The notes under the pieces: generated by a model
What the model was told of the DNA's origin: nothing
What the model saw: only the letters and a program-made list of their open reading frames with translations
The model's database searches: none
Source: Haplodiscus bocki
Taxonomy: Eukaryota
Reading direction: 5' to 3'
Length of the DNA stretch: 64,000 bases
Assembly (NCBI GenBank): GCA_965655095.1
Contig: OZ296659.1
Span: 8,742,001-8,806,000, forward strand
Program-made: the position numbers and the translations under genes
Shown here: in pieces, positions 13,640-25,830 of the stretch
Layout: every line of letters starts with the position of its first letter
How positions within the stretch are numbered: the stretch's first letter is position 1

Positions 13640-14060
13640 AAAATTCTTGGATTACCCATACGCGGGGTATCACGATTTTTTGTGGAATTGGTTTATACGA
13701 ATTATGTCACAACAGTTTTTATCTGCCTCTGCGAGAAATTTTCGTTTAAGCTTTTGTGAACGTGTTTGGAATGCTGTTCTGATGAAAAGTTTATATGGTA
13801 AGTATTCTGTGACTATAAAGGGGAAAGATATGCAAAATGTTACTAACGTCAGGAAAACCGTCGTATACAGAGTGAAGTCTGTCATTTTAAAAAAGTACTA
13901 CCATGATAAGGCTTTTCGGTAATCACAAAAGCGCCGAATAAAAATTGGAACGCCCACACCGTTTGAAAATGTCCAGCAGCAACTCCCGGTTGGACTGGTA
14001 TGTCCTAAATGATCCTCGGGGTGGACTATCCAGTTAAACTTCCAGCACTTGAACTGTCTA
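13640..14060 (+). mobile_element. Possible piggyBac 3' remnant
   Basis: Weak resemblance of HDFLWNWFI...RLSFCERV and VRKTVVYRVKSV...YYHDKAF to the PGBD C-terminal and Cys-rich region. Confidence 0.25.
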
Positions 14061-14695
14061 AAATAGCGAAGTAGAAAAATTTCGTATGGAGGGGGCCGTT
14101 GGTTGTGCTTTTCTCAATCTTATTGAAACTATTTGATGAAATTTGGAAGTTTTATTTTGGGAATGCTGTCCTCAGTTTAAAGCTTCAAAAAGCTGTCTGG
14201 ACTTCTTGGTGGTGATGGTTGGCGCCTGTGTAGAAGTCTTGAATTAGGCGGTATTACAAAAAAACCTGGAACGTTTTTCGGAGAGAAAGTGCTGAAGAAA
14301 AAGAATTCGGAAGCAAAAAAATGTTTTGGGAGAGTTTTGGAATTTACGGTGTCTCGAGCTCGTCGTAATCGAGGGATCAAAACTGTTTTGTCGTTCTGGT
14401 AAGAACACGTTTTGTTATCAAGATTTAACCGAAGATGGGTTACCAGAAAAATTAGTACAGTTAAGATCTGTGAAAAAAATCGATATGAGTCGGCTTTTTA
14501 CAAGTAAATGGCCGACTAAAAATGCGGAAAAGGGATGAAAAAAAAGTAATGTAAGTTTGGCGATGATAGTCAAATTATCAAAGTTGAATGTTAATGTGAA
14601 AAGTTACTGGACGTCGTGTTTGGGGAGGTCCCAAAAGCTAATGTGGCTTGAAAAGTCATTGCTCTGTTTTATGCACAATTTGTCAGTATTCTAAG

Positions 14696-15401
14696 CAGAG
14701 GTGTGTTAACGAAAGCGGTAGCGACGCTATTAACGGGAATTTATCAGCTGCTAATAGCGATCGCGATTAGCGAATGAAATGTCTAAGCGGATTTGCGAAA
14801 TCCGAGATTCTCTCTCTGAAAGCATTCCAGTTTTTCAAATTTTTGAAAGGTTGTCAGAAGCTTGTCGTTCGAATACGTTACTTGCAGCGTAAAGAAAGAA
14901 GCCTGCTAACTTTGGAGACGCATTTTTGTGTGGCTGTATCCTTTCAAACCGCAAAGCGATTTCGTTTTAGTCCTTTCACCCTGGTTAATCTGTCAGACAA
15001 AACTTGCAACATTCTTGGAAGTTTCTTGCAAGATAATGCAAAGCCTTGGAGGATTCTGGCAAGAGACTTCTGATTTGTCCAGTTTTCCTGCAAGAAATGT
15101 CTGTTGAGCAGATCAGGCGTTTCCTTCCTAAATTCTTTGAGGATACTTGCAAGATTTTTCTGTTCTTGCAAGATCCTTGCTGTATTATCCTTGCAGCATA
15201 TCTCTTGGATGATCATCTGGGGCAATATCTCATTTATTAATATCAAGTATAACTTAGAATACTTGATAATGCCATTGTTGACAAGCAGTTGCAATTTTAG
15301 CGATTTATTATCGGTTTTCAGTAGCGCTAACTAGCTAATAGCGATTATCAAAATAGCGGCATTAGCTGATAGCTATGTTTCATCAGCGAAACACACCTCT
15401 G
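14696..15401. mobile_element. Non-autonomous hAT-type DNA transposon (MITE)
   Basis: Perfect 12-bp TIR CAGAGGTGTGTT / AACACACCTCTG; exact 8-bp TSD ATTCTAAG at 14688-14695 and 15402-15409; subterminal TAGCG/TAGC repeats. Confidence 0.9.
14978..15221. mobile_element. Nested palindromic MITE rich in CTTGCAAG
   Basis: Imperfect inverted ends CCCTGGTTAATC / GATCATCTGGG and many CTTGCA(AG) repeats; lies inside the hAT MITE. Confidence 0.5.
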
Positions 15402-16383
15402 ATTCTAAGACTCGGCAATTCTCATTAAACTCAACATTTCGGAAGCTGATTCTGCAAAGCCAGGTCTAACGTTTGCTGAGGGTAATTTTCAGGGTATTCT
15501 GCAGCTTTCTTGATCACAGTAAACTACAATTAATGCGTGGACGTTTTAAAAACTGCTGATTTGAATCTGTACAAAACTATGATTACCGTAGAAATGACAA
15601 AAGCCGAGGAAATTGGCGCGATGTTGCTGAAATTGCTATCTTCGCTTGGTTGAATTTACCTGGAAGGTCCATGGTATGCTGATAAAACCTAGTTGTGTGG
15701 AAAAAGATCCGTACTCTCCAATTGATTTTCTTGGGCAGTGTAAGCATTGTCGAGATGCCAACTTTTGGGTTCAATCAATAGGTAACTGGCATCTTGTGAG
15801 TAATTAAAATGTAAATATGAGAATTAAAGGCACTCATAACCTGACAAGTTGCAATGCAAAACAGAACTTCTATCTTCAGAAATTAGTGTTTTAAAAGATT
15901 AGAGCTCCTATTAATAAATTGACTAACTTTAGACATTAATATCGCTGAAACTATTGGAAATGGTTACTTCTGGCGGAAAAAAATCTTGCAAGATGTGTGT
16001 TTCTGCTCATCTAGGGCACTTTGTGCCGCGTAATTTTGGAAAAACTGCTTTCTGCATAATTTTCCGGTCTTTAGCTATTGTCTGTTTTGCTGCAATCGGA
16101 AGTAAGGTGAATTTACGGGCCAAAAGTGTGAAATTGATTCACTCTAGTCAAGAGTTCTGTCAGAGAATCGGTTCTTCGGTTATGAGACGTTGATGTGGAA
16201 ACGATCATCAAGATGGCGATCAAGATGATTGAATAATTTAGAACCGATGAAGTTTTCGATTTGAACAATTTTACTCGGTTACGTGTTAAACACCGGCCTT
16301 TAACTTGTGGCATTTTTGTTACGTAACATTCTGTGATTGTTAGAAGTAAATTTTTAGTTAACTGATAATGAATAAAAATAGAC

Positions 16384-16700
16384 TTGCATAAAAAAGAAGA
16401 ATGTTTAATTGAAGGAAGAGATTTGAGAAGAAGATTATCGAAAGAATATCAAGTCCAGTATGGTTTGCCTTGGAGAAAATTAAAGGTTTGGTTAAAGAGG
16501 AAACTAGAAGAACAGCAGGATTTTTCTCAAGCAGCTGAAGCAAATTGGTTAGTGATTATTTTTAATTTCCCTAAACTTATCCACTTGAAGAGCCTCATTC
16601 TTGATTTGCATGTACCTGTAAAGAGGGCTTGTTGACCTAGCGATTGTGTATACGAGTCGCATTCTGAAGTTATCGGGATAATTCTCGCTGAGACCCTTGT
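16384..16700 (+). pseudogene. Possible hAT transposase C-terminal dimerisation-domain remnant
   Basis: NWLVIIFNFPKLIHLKSLILDL...RAC resembles WWxxxxxxFPxLxxLAxxILxIPxSxxxxER. Confidence 0.35.
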
Positions 16701-18912
16701 CTTTTTCAAGATGGGTTATGTTGTTGGCTGCAAAAATGCGCTTTTGGAGAAGCCGATGGCAAACTACTTTCTAAGTGCCTAGACAGTGCTGCAACATTGT
16801 GAAACTCAAGAAGTTTTTTAACCGTTTAACCTCTGATGATGCATTTGAAATGTTTGATTGAAGTATTCTCAGCGTGCCAAGATTCGAACCGTAAATATAT
16901 AGTGACGCAACCACATTTTGCTCGGAAAGGTCGTTGATGAATGGTGTCGATACTAGATTTTCGGAAAGTGGTGGCGTTCTCAGACATTCTCAAACGAGGG
17001 TACTAAGAAATGAAGAACATCTGAAACATTTCGCTTCCACTGAAAAAGCAGAAAAAATGCCAATTGTCCGGTATTTGATGCATTCAATTAAAAATTCCCC
17101 TATCGACGGGGGGGGGGGGGGGGAGGGCATCGCTAGAGCATTTTCTGTATCTCGTTCAAACCACCAGTGCAGAGTATTACGAATGATTGACCTTGTTCCG
17201 AATCCTCAACCGTTTTGGAAATTAAGACAATGCAGCTAGTGGTTAAAAGCGGTGGTGGATTCAACCGAAATGAATTAACCAAGCAGTCATTGCCAAAATA
17301 TATTGTGAAAATTGATTCAATAGATGAATCCCCAGTGCGTTTCGTTAGGGCAATCGGAACTTTCGAGTGAAAAGCAAAAAAAGTGCAGTCCTGTGGTATC
17401 ACGAGAATGAAACATTCATCTGTGGGTGGACATGCTTCAAACGAATAGCACTTCTTCAGTAGACTTTAATTGAATCGATCATAATTTGAGAATGGAATGA
17501 TATGTAAAATTCAGTTAGATCAGGATAACATGCATTTCTAGGAAAACATCATCAGTAGAGAGCTTTCTGTGACATTGGGCTGAATGTGGTTGCGAGAACA
17601 CTGCTTTTGTTACACGAATTCATCCAACTGATTATATACTTTTGCACGTTCTGTTTCATTTTCAGATCTTGTTTTACTGATGATGATGATGTTCCTCGAA
17701 ACGCATTTTATGCTGATCTAATTCCATTTTTTCCGCATATCAGATTTTATTTCCCAGGAAGCCATTCGCTTTACTTGAGATTCAATTGGCACTTTTTGTT
17801 AAAATTGTAAATATCACTTTGTCACGTTTGAGTTTGTTGCCTTTTTCAGTTTTTCGCTCTCATTCTTCTGCGGCTCCGATTGTGCTAACCTTGGGTTCAT
17901 TCTCTGGGCAGACTTAAGTTTGGAGAAGCTGAAATTTGCGCGAAATTTTCAACCTTCGCTAGCCTGAAAGAAACTGAATTAACATAAGCCGTTATAATGG
18001 CAGAGAATCGAACCGCCAACTGTTTGATCTCCAAAGACTGCTTTTTTAGGCGAACCTGAGACGTTCTTGAAAGAGAAAAGTTGTAGTTTATGAACTGTGC
18101 TGGCTGATAAAACAAATCGCATGTATCAATGCAACGGCTGAATGGTCAAACCTTGTTGACATCTCGAAATTGGGTTATTTCTGAGTTAAATCGACAATGG
18201 CAGAAGATCTCAAAGCTTGTAAAAATTGAACGTTGGAGGAAGCTAGCATGAATGTCAATTTCTAGTCTGAATTCGGAAATAACGAGCTGGGAAAGCACGG
18301 AGGTGGTGCCGACCGCCTGGTCCCAAATGTTTGAGGCAGTGTCGCATTCGCAAATTTCTAAAAAAAAAAATGGTTTGATTAGGCGCTGTGAATACGAATA
18401 CTGAATGCTGGTTTTGACTGTGGCTGGTGTCAAAAGTTTTGTGGACAAAATATTGTTCTTTTCAACTCTTCAAATTTTGCGTTTAACAGAAATGTGAAGA
18501 AAACAAAGCAAAAAAGGGGTTGTAAAATAAGGGCTCTTTCAGTAAGCGCCAAGTAAAAAGATCTACATTTCAAACATATTCATGAAAATTGTTGGACCAA
18601 AAGAATGCCTCCAAAAAGGATAAAAATCCTCTGAGCTCGTGAAAATTCTACGTCGTCAACTCCAAAGTCGAAAATCAACTTCAGATTTCTGCAGAAATGA
18701 TTACTTATGTGTTCGTTCGAAAAAAATGGTTCTGTCAAATGGTAGCGGTCCGTCTGCCGGAAGTTCAAATCGAGTAAAATAAAATCTATCAAGATGTTGG
18801 CTTGGCTTTTCGCTTGACGGTATCAAACTCAGTAGATAGTTGTCAAGTGCAGTACTGAAACAGCCCACATATAAGCATTCCCTTTAAATAGATCAAGCTA
18901 TTGATGGTTACT

Positions 18913-19718
18913 GGCTCTACGACAATTCGGACCAAAGACAAAGTCGGACCGGATTTTGAAACTCGGCACAAATTATTTCGCTAATTAGCCTAATTAACTG
19001 AATTAGCAAATAAGCTTTACCCAATTTATTTTCTGAAAGTACTAATTTTGCTACCACTTCTGATAAATTAACCAGGAAGCATTAACTTTTTTTTGGGGCA
19101 GTAGAGATCCCAGTGAATATCTCACAAGCTACAACTCCAGAATAACTTTTGAAACAACAAGCAGAACAGCAAAAGTCGGCCCTGCCCGTAGGTTTTGAAA
19201 CATTCATGGGGGATTTTTTGTGTTATATAGTTCTTCTGAAAAATTTCGAAATTTCAAATGACGATGTTGGGGATCAGTAATTTCCGCCCAAAATTCAACT
19301 CGCCACATGCATTTTTATTGTAAACTTGCCAACTCCACGATTCTCGCATATCGGAACTTTCTTTCTTTTGAATTTTATTCAATGTGGAAAGAAGTAAAAA
19401 AATCTACAAAATCCATTGTTCTTCTAGAACACACTTTTAACGAAGTTAGAACGAAGAAAATATATCCCAGTGGTAGCCGGGCGTCTTGTTTTTCTTGTCT
19501 TTAATGCATTTTGACAAAATTTATGAAACAGAAAATACTCGAGTAGATTTCAGGACACATTGGGAATGCAAGAATTTTGAAAGTGAGAATAAATCGCTTG
19601 TAAAATATTTTGGATTTTTTTAGATTATATAAACGCTTCAAATTAGAGGTAATTAAAATTTTGGGCCGAATATGTCTTTGGTCCGAATTTGGTATTTGGT
19701 CCAAATTGTCGCATCACC
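18913..19718. mobile_element. Non-autonomous DNA transposon with 9-bp TSD (MULE- or Merlin-like)
   Basis: Imperfect TIRs GGCTCTACGACAATTCGGACC / GGTCCAAATTGTCGCATCACC with subterminal CGGACC/GGTCCG repeats; exact 9-bp TSD ATGGTTACT at 18904-18912 and 19719-19727. Confidence 0.85.
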
Positions 19719-19856
19719 ATGGTTACTATCCTTTATATCTACACAAACATCCTGAAATTTTTGTGGCAGAAAAACATGCCTACTTTATTGTTTGTAAGCC
19801 CGTCATTGATTGGGAGCCAAACGTCCATCCTGGGCACCGACTTCCAGGATCACGTC

Positions 19857-20129
19857 TAGTGCAGAAACCCTCGTTCTATATCAAAAGGGAAAGCTCCTAA
19901 GCTCAGATGCAGCATCCGCGATTCATAACACAATCAAAACATTGTTGCTCAAACATTTCTAATTCAAATACTTGAACATAATGAAAATATACAAAAAAAA
20001 TTATACAAATAGATATGCAGAAGATATACAATTACAAAAAAATTGTTCCAAACAATTTTTTTGGAATTGCGGTCTTTGTCTGAGCGTAGGAGCTTTCCCC
20101 TTCGATATACAACAATGGTACCTACACTA
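19857..20129. mobile_element. MITE (~270 bp, ~50-bp TIR), copy 1
   Basis: TAGTGCAGAAACCCTCGTTCTATATCAAAAGGGAAAGCTCCTAAGCTCAGA at the left end and its imperfect reverse complement ending CTACACTA at the right; AT-rich core. Confidence 0.8.
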
Positions 20130-20384
20130 CAGCTATTTGTTTTGAAATAAATGGATGTCCAATTCCAATATGATTTATGGGACAAATTGGCGTTTCCTTG
20201 AAAATGACTTCTCTTCCATTCATTGAGTTTATGTTTCATTTCTTTTAAACATTCGAATTTGTATCGATTTAACGCTAGATTGCATATCTGCTCATCTTTG
20301 TATACACTTGCGCAGTCGAGTGTTATTACACAATCTTCAAATTTTTTCCGATCCCTTCACAAATGACAAAAAGTTTCTAAACTT

Positions 20385-20500
20385 GGACCAAAAACAGGTA
20401 GAAGTGGCCTAGACTCGAACCTGGGACCGTTCGCACGGAATTCGCATGCTGTACTAACTGCCATTGTCACTTGAGAATCAGTGCTCCTATCAAGATTACC
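20385..20500 (-). repeat. tRNA-derived SINE-like fragment
   Basis: Reverse strand reads ...GGTCCCAGGTTCGAGTCTAGGCC (Pol III B-box); no complete cloverleaf. Confidence 0.5.
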
Positions 20501-20849
20501 GAGCGAATGAATTTTTAAAGCATTTCTCACTTGTAATTAATAACTTGTATATAACGGTTTGTGCTTTTTAAATTTGTATACAAGTTTACAAGAATTAACT
20601 GAGTTAAATAAATTTCTGTTTTTTCAGTTAGTTTTCGTGCCATGATACCTTTAAAGTATTTATACTTGTTGTAGTTATCCACTTGTATTCCGATGGCGCA
20701 TGTAACGGCTGACTTAAATCTGAAAAATTGATTCAAGCTTATGTCAGTCCTTTGTTCTCTCTGCTTTCCACTAAAAAAAGTAGAGAAACGAAAATTGTGT
20801 GATACATTAATCTTTCAATAGAACTCAAGTGATTTCGAACAGACAATAC

Positions 20850-22550
20850 TGCAATAATTGTTCCAACTTTGACCATGATCTACATTTAGCGCACGACTTT
20901 GAAGAAATCCTCATGAAAATTTCCATTTGATAATCATCTGAGTCCTCTTGTCTATTCCAATTGGTCTAATTCACTAATAGAACGCATTGCATACATAACA
21001 AACAAAATCCTTTGAATTTATACTCCGTGATTAAAGGGTTCAATAGATTATCAGATTGTATGACATTCTGGCAATTTCAATTCCAAGATTTCAATGCTGG
21101 ATCAGATCTGGGTTGACAGTGTTTTCACCCAATTTTCCTCCAAGAGTAGAGATTTTTCCATTGCGACATTTAGTGGAATAAATCAAGCCTGTAGTAATGG
21201 AGAAATATGAGTTTGAATGAAGAGATTTTTCAATTTTGGGAGTATTCTTGGCATTCTCGGACTATCAGGATTGCGACACAAGGGAGGAAATCAATAATGA
21301 GCAAATCGAGAAGTGTACCAAAAAACCAAAGGCTGAAATTCTGCAGCTAGAAGTTAAGTCAGTGGTTATGCAGAATTAATAGTTGGAATTGACAAAATTG
21401 TCAAAATCATTAGCAGTTGTTTGGCATTCCTGAACTAACAATACACCATTACAAAGACTAAAATGTTTGCTTTTAACAGCCAAGTTATCTCTGCAGCTAA
21501 CGGTTTGTCGACTTAGATTTTCATGAAGGAAGTCAGACTTGTCGTTACGGAGAAAAGAGTGTTTGTCTCTCGTGATGAATCAAAACTAATAGCGCAGTTT
21601 GGAATTTTCGGATTGTCACAATTCTAATTTCAAGGAAAACAAAAAACAACTTCTAATTCTAATTATCTTCCAAAATTCATAATTGTTCAATTGAGACCTT
21701 AACCGAAAAATTAAGCTGTTAGTTACAGAGAAATTTGAGGTTGATTATGGAGATGAATCAAAATTGTTAGCACGTTTGGTTTCTTCGGACAATCAAAACT
21801 CCGAGGCAAGGACCAAAGCGATGTAATATCTACTTGAATTTTACTGCAAAAGGTCCAATCTTTCGATTGAGACCTTGCTGCCAAAAAAATTAAGCCAATA
21901 GTCATAGAGATTTATGTGATTGAATATCGACAAAAGTCAATAAAAATAGAAAATTCTCTCGATTTTCGGGAGTGACCTGACCGGACTTTGATGCAAAAAA
22001 AAGCCGCTGACTGAAGAAATTTGAATCGAATCCTTTTTTCTAAGTGAAAGGTTGCTGATTGTGACCTTCATGATGGAAATCAAACCTCTAGTTACGGAGA
22101 AACACCATTTCGATAATCGAGACAAATCATTTTTAATAACTTTCCGGAAATTTTTGACTCAAGGTTTTTTAATGCAAGGATCAAAATCAATGGTTTTTCA
22201 ATCTAATCCTCCTCTACAGGAGTGAAGCTTTTGATTGAATATTTGATTGATGGACTCCAACCTGGAGTGCTGAGATAATTCAGATAATTCAGTGTGAATA
22301 AGGAGATATATCAATAATGATGGCATTTTTCAGAATTTTCGGACAATGGGGATTGTGACGCAAAACACAAAACCACCGATTTCTTGAATTAGTATTTTGT
22401 ACAGGCAGAACGATTCTGATTGAGACCTAAATGAAAGAGTTGAGCCTTGATTCTTGGAGAAAAATGAGTTGCGACATAGAGGAAATTCAATGCTAATTGC
22501 GCTTCTCGGTATTACCTCAATCTGGGAATCCAAGATCGACATGTTCCAGT
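20850..22550 (-). pseudogene. Decayed leucine-rich-repeat gene (extracellular-type LRRs, LRRCT-like cysteines)
   Basis: Minus-strand fragments FCLYKILIQEIGGFVF, FSVTRGLISIMKVTISNLSL, KVSIERLDLLQ, QLLILHN..SCRISAFGF, LCRNPDS, SLLLEENWVKTL recur in LxxLxLxxN spacing; many stops and frameshifts. Confidence 0.55.
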
Positions 22551-22739
22551 AGAATTTTTTTCGAGGAAACTTCGCATTTTTTCACCCCGGAGAAACTAGG
22601 GTAATAAGAAAAACTTATTTCCAAAAACTGAAAAAAAGTTGAAAATTTAACGTTTTCAGTTTGGTTTTTTGACCGATTTATAAACTTTTAGCTTTTCTGC
22701 AAAATGAATAAATTTTCTGTCATATTTTTCAAAAATGTT

Positions 22740-23205
22740 AAGAAATGCCGATTTTCTTCAGTTGGGTCGGAAAATGGATACTTTTCGAGAAAAATAGACT
22801 GCACTTGTCGAAAAACCCTAATTTTTGTCGAAAAAAACCCTGTTTTTTGGTTATCAATCTAAAATAAGTAATAATTATGGCGGTTAGCGGGTTTCGAGAC
22901 CCCCACCTTTGGCTTCCTAAGTGCGGTGACGCCCACTCATTTGTATTAATCAAGGTACTAACGGCTCTGCAATAAAGTCTGTGTGTCCTGGGCATATTCA
23001 GAAAAAGGATAAATGAAAAAAACGCAGACTACTAAATTGAATATTTTCCTTTCGAAAAAAAATTTTCGACGGAAAATTAAGACTACTAAAATGACTATTT
23101 TACGTTCGAAAAAAATTTTTTGACATAAAGTAAAAAGGGGAAAGAAACGCAGACTACTGAATTGAATATTTTCCTTTAGAAAAAAATTTTTCGACGGAAA
23201 ATAAT
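22740..23205 (-). repeat. Interspersed repeat containing a tRNA-like segment, with tandemly repeated end motif (family also at 44478-44810 and 44993-45300)
   Basis: Reverse complement of ttttccgtcgaaaaaa...ttttcctga...cccatgac...gttcgaatcc...cagggttttttcgac seen at 44.5 and 45.0 kb; gactacta...ttttcgacggaaaa repeated three times at 23026-23205. Confidence 0.75.
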
Positions 23206-23779
23206 ACTTTCACTATCTGTTCTAATTTCACATGGAAAAATTAGTAGCTTACCACCACAAGTTTAATTAATTCCGTAATAAACTCTCGTTAATGTTTCAG
23301 TCCTTCAGAAGCATGATTAAAAAGATAAATATTGTTGTAAACCCCCACTTTAAAAATTTCTTTCTTTCTGTAAGCAAGCTATCTAATTTAACTACTTCCG
23401 AAATAATTTCCCTATCGTTCATATGTTTGCGAAATTTATCTGTCTTTTCAATCCACAATCAATAGAGGTTCCATTCAGCATCAACTATCTTCGCCTACTT
23501 TTTCAGTTCTTTGAGAAAAGTTTCTCTGTTCATCTATTTCCGGAAAAAGTATTTTGAAATGATTTTTAGCCTATTTACAAAGCAAGACGGACGGCTACCA
23601 CCGGAATATATTCCGCCTTCCCATTTTGGTAAAGATTCCTTTTAAAAGGATCAACTCGGTTTTTTTTTCAAAATACTCTTTTCTTCATTACATTCGGTAA
23701 TTTTTCCAAATTTGGAATATTTCCTATTTTTCACCAACAAAACTTCACAATTAAATTGGACATGTTTAGGAAGTTTGAA

Positions 23780-24085
23780 AGACATTCTACAGAAAGTTTG
23801 CCACCTTAGCGATTTTGAAAAAAAAATCTAGTTTGTTTTCGAAAAGACATCTATTTTTCCAAAAAAAACCCAAATTTTGAACGTTTTCAGAAATTTCAGT
23901 CGTATGCTGCAGCAAATTTGCTATAAGTTAGTGATAAAAACACTTTCCTTTCATGATAAGAACCGGACAATAGCTTCAAATCGGACATTATCAAGTGGCA
24001 AGTCAGCGTTAAAAAAACGTCGGATTTGAGCGTTTTTAGTGGATGATTTTCTTTCCATATAAATATGGGCTGAGAATAATAAATA
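23780..24085 (+). repeat. Interspersed repeat, copy 2 of the family at 845-1127
   Basis: cattctacagaaagtttgcc ... gtggatgattttctttccatataaatatgggctgagaataataaa parallels the intron-1 copy. Confidence 0.6.
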
Positions 24086-24559
24086 AGTGGGCTTTCTACT
24101 GTACCCTCAATACACCGTGAGAGTAATCACCGTTCCCAGCGAATGTCACACAACATCATCACTGGTTTTTCACCAAGCTTGCATCAAGAACTATATCAAA
24201 ATGTTCAAAAAACAATGAATTTTGAATACTAAAATTGCCTCATTTTGCAAGAAGGACAAACAAGATGTAAATATGTTCTTAGAAATTGTACTCATGAAAT
24301 GTTTTTGCAAAATGTCAGCAAACTATCTTTCAATTGTATCGTTGATGGAAAAAAATACTTAAATAGTAGCGAACCATGGAACCAAGTCAAGCAATTAAAC
24401 TTTCAAGAGCTCAATATGAACGTCGGCTGTTTCAGCTTGTTTTGTTCTTGGTTAGTTTCAAAATTTTATTCTTCGACTTCTTCAAATTATGCGTGATCAA
24501 AACAACGTATAGGTAAGCGTTATTATTACTTTCCATTAAAACGTAATTATAAAAAGCAG

Positions 24560-24841
24560 TAGTGTAGAAATCCTCGTTCTATATCAAAGGGGAAAGCTCC
24601 TAGGCTCAGGCAAAGAGATCCGCAATTCTTAACATAATTAAAGCATTCTTTTTTGAAAAAATTTCTGATATTTGTATATATTTTTTTATATGTTTTTGTA
24701 TATCTGTTTTTTGTACATATTTATTAATATGTTCATATATTTGTTTTAGGCAAGAATGTTTTTACTATGTTATGGATTGCTGAGTCTGCGTCTGAGCCTA
24801 GGAGGTTTCCCTTTTGTTTTAGAACGAGGGTTTCTACACTA
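24560..24841. mobile_element. MITE copy 2 of the 19857-20129 family, opposite orientation
   Basis: TAGTGTAGAAATCCTCGTTCTATATCAAAGGGGAAAGCTCCTAGGCTCAG ... CTGAGCCTAGGAGGTTTCCC...GAACGAGGGTTTCTACACTA; probable TA target. Confidence 0.85.
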
Positions 24842-24949
24842 CTCACGTCTTTGTATTGGGTGTCGTAGAATATCAACTCTTATGTTTTGCACAACATGTT
24901 CCAGCGCGCTTCACGCTTCCTTTGGAGATGGTGATTTAATGCTTGGCTG

Positions 24950-25830
24950 TTTCGGTTACTAAACAGCTATTTAGACAATTAGGTTTTGGTGCTGTGTGTT
25001 CAGTTTCCTTTAAGCTGGTTTCTTGATTTGCTCATAGCTTCTAAAAGTTTCTTCCTGTCTGTTCGTGCTGATGAACAGCTCCAAAAGGAGTCCTCGAAGG
25101 TTCTTGGTGTATACTGCCCTCTGGTATTTGCTCCTGATTCTTTTCTCTCCCTTTAATCTCCGCCCATCTCATTTTGTTCTGTGTCGCCGTCTTTTGATTT
25201 TGATAATCTGCCCAATCTCACATGGGCCGTTTTCCTTCAAAAAACAGGCAGCGCTTTGCACTTTAGATTTCAAACGTAGTTTAATTCCTTTCTGACTGGT
25301 AGGCTTTGTTCATTCAGATGGCGCGTTTTGTGGAAACTTCATTTGTCTGTATACCAGGAGAAAACATATTGTCTTCCTATACGGTTTCATAGAACGGTGT
25401 ATTAGTATGTAGTTTCGAGCTGCACTTGATCAAAGGCCGCACTACAGGACTTCAGTTTTGCTTGGTTTCATTCAATTCAAGTTCTATTTCGTGCAAGGAA
25501 AATCAATTTTAGCCTCCTTGCTGTCGCCAGAACCTTGATAAACTTGAAATCTTTTCATTTTTGATGAAAATGTTTGATATATCAACTTGACCCTGAAAAT
25601 ACCCCCCAAGGAATGCCTACCATGTGACGTTATCAGTTCGATTACAGCAAATTTTGTTCCTGAAAACAAAATGAAACTGAATTTTCTGTCATTCTTTCTG
25701 GCTGTATAGCCTGACTTTGGTGCTATTGAACTAGATTTCCAGTGATGCAGATGGGATGTGCGCAATGTTCACAAACGCCAAGTTTTGGCTAAATCGGGGA
25801 GGATTATTTTCCTTGTCCATCGTCACCACA
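24950..25830 (-). mobile_element. Possible Gypsy integrase remnant
   Basis: Weak minus-strand fragments (HLHHW..., YTNTPFY, GPCEI) in a heavily decayed state. Confidence 0.25.

Noticed and set aside
19857-24841. CACTA transposon call for the TAGTG...CACTA MITEs
   Set aside because: The motifs face the wrong way (CACTA elements begin with CACTA) and no 2-3-bp CACTA-type TSD is evident; TA-flanked TIRs fit better.
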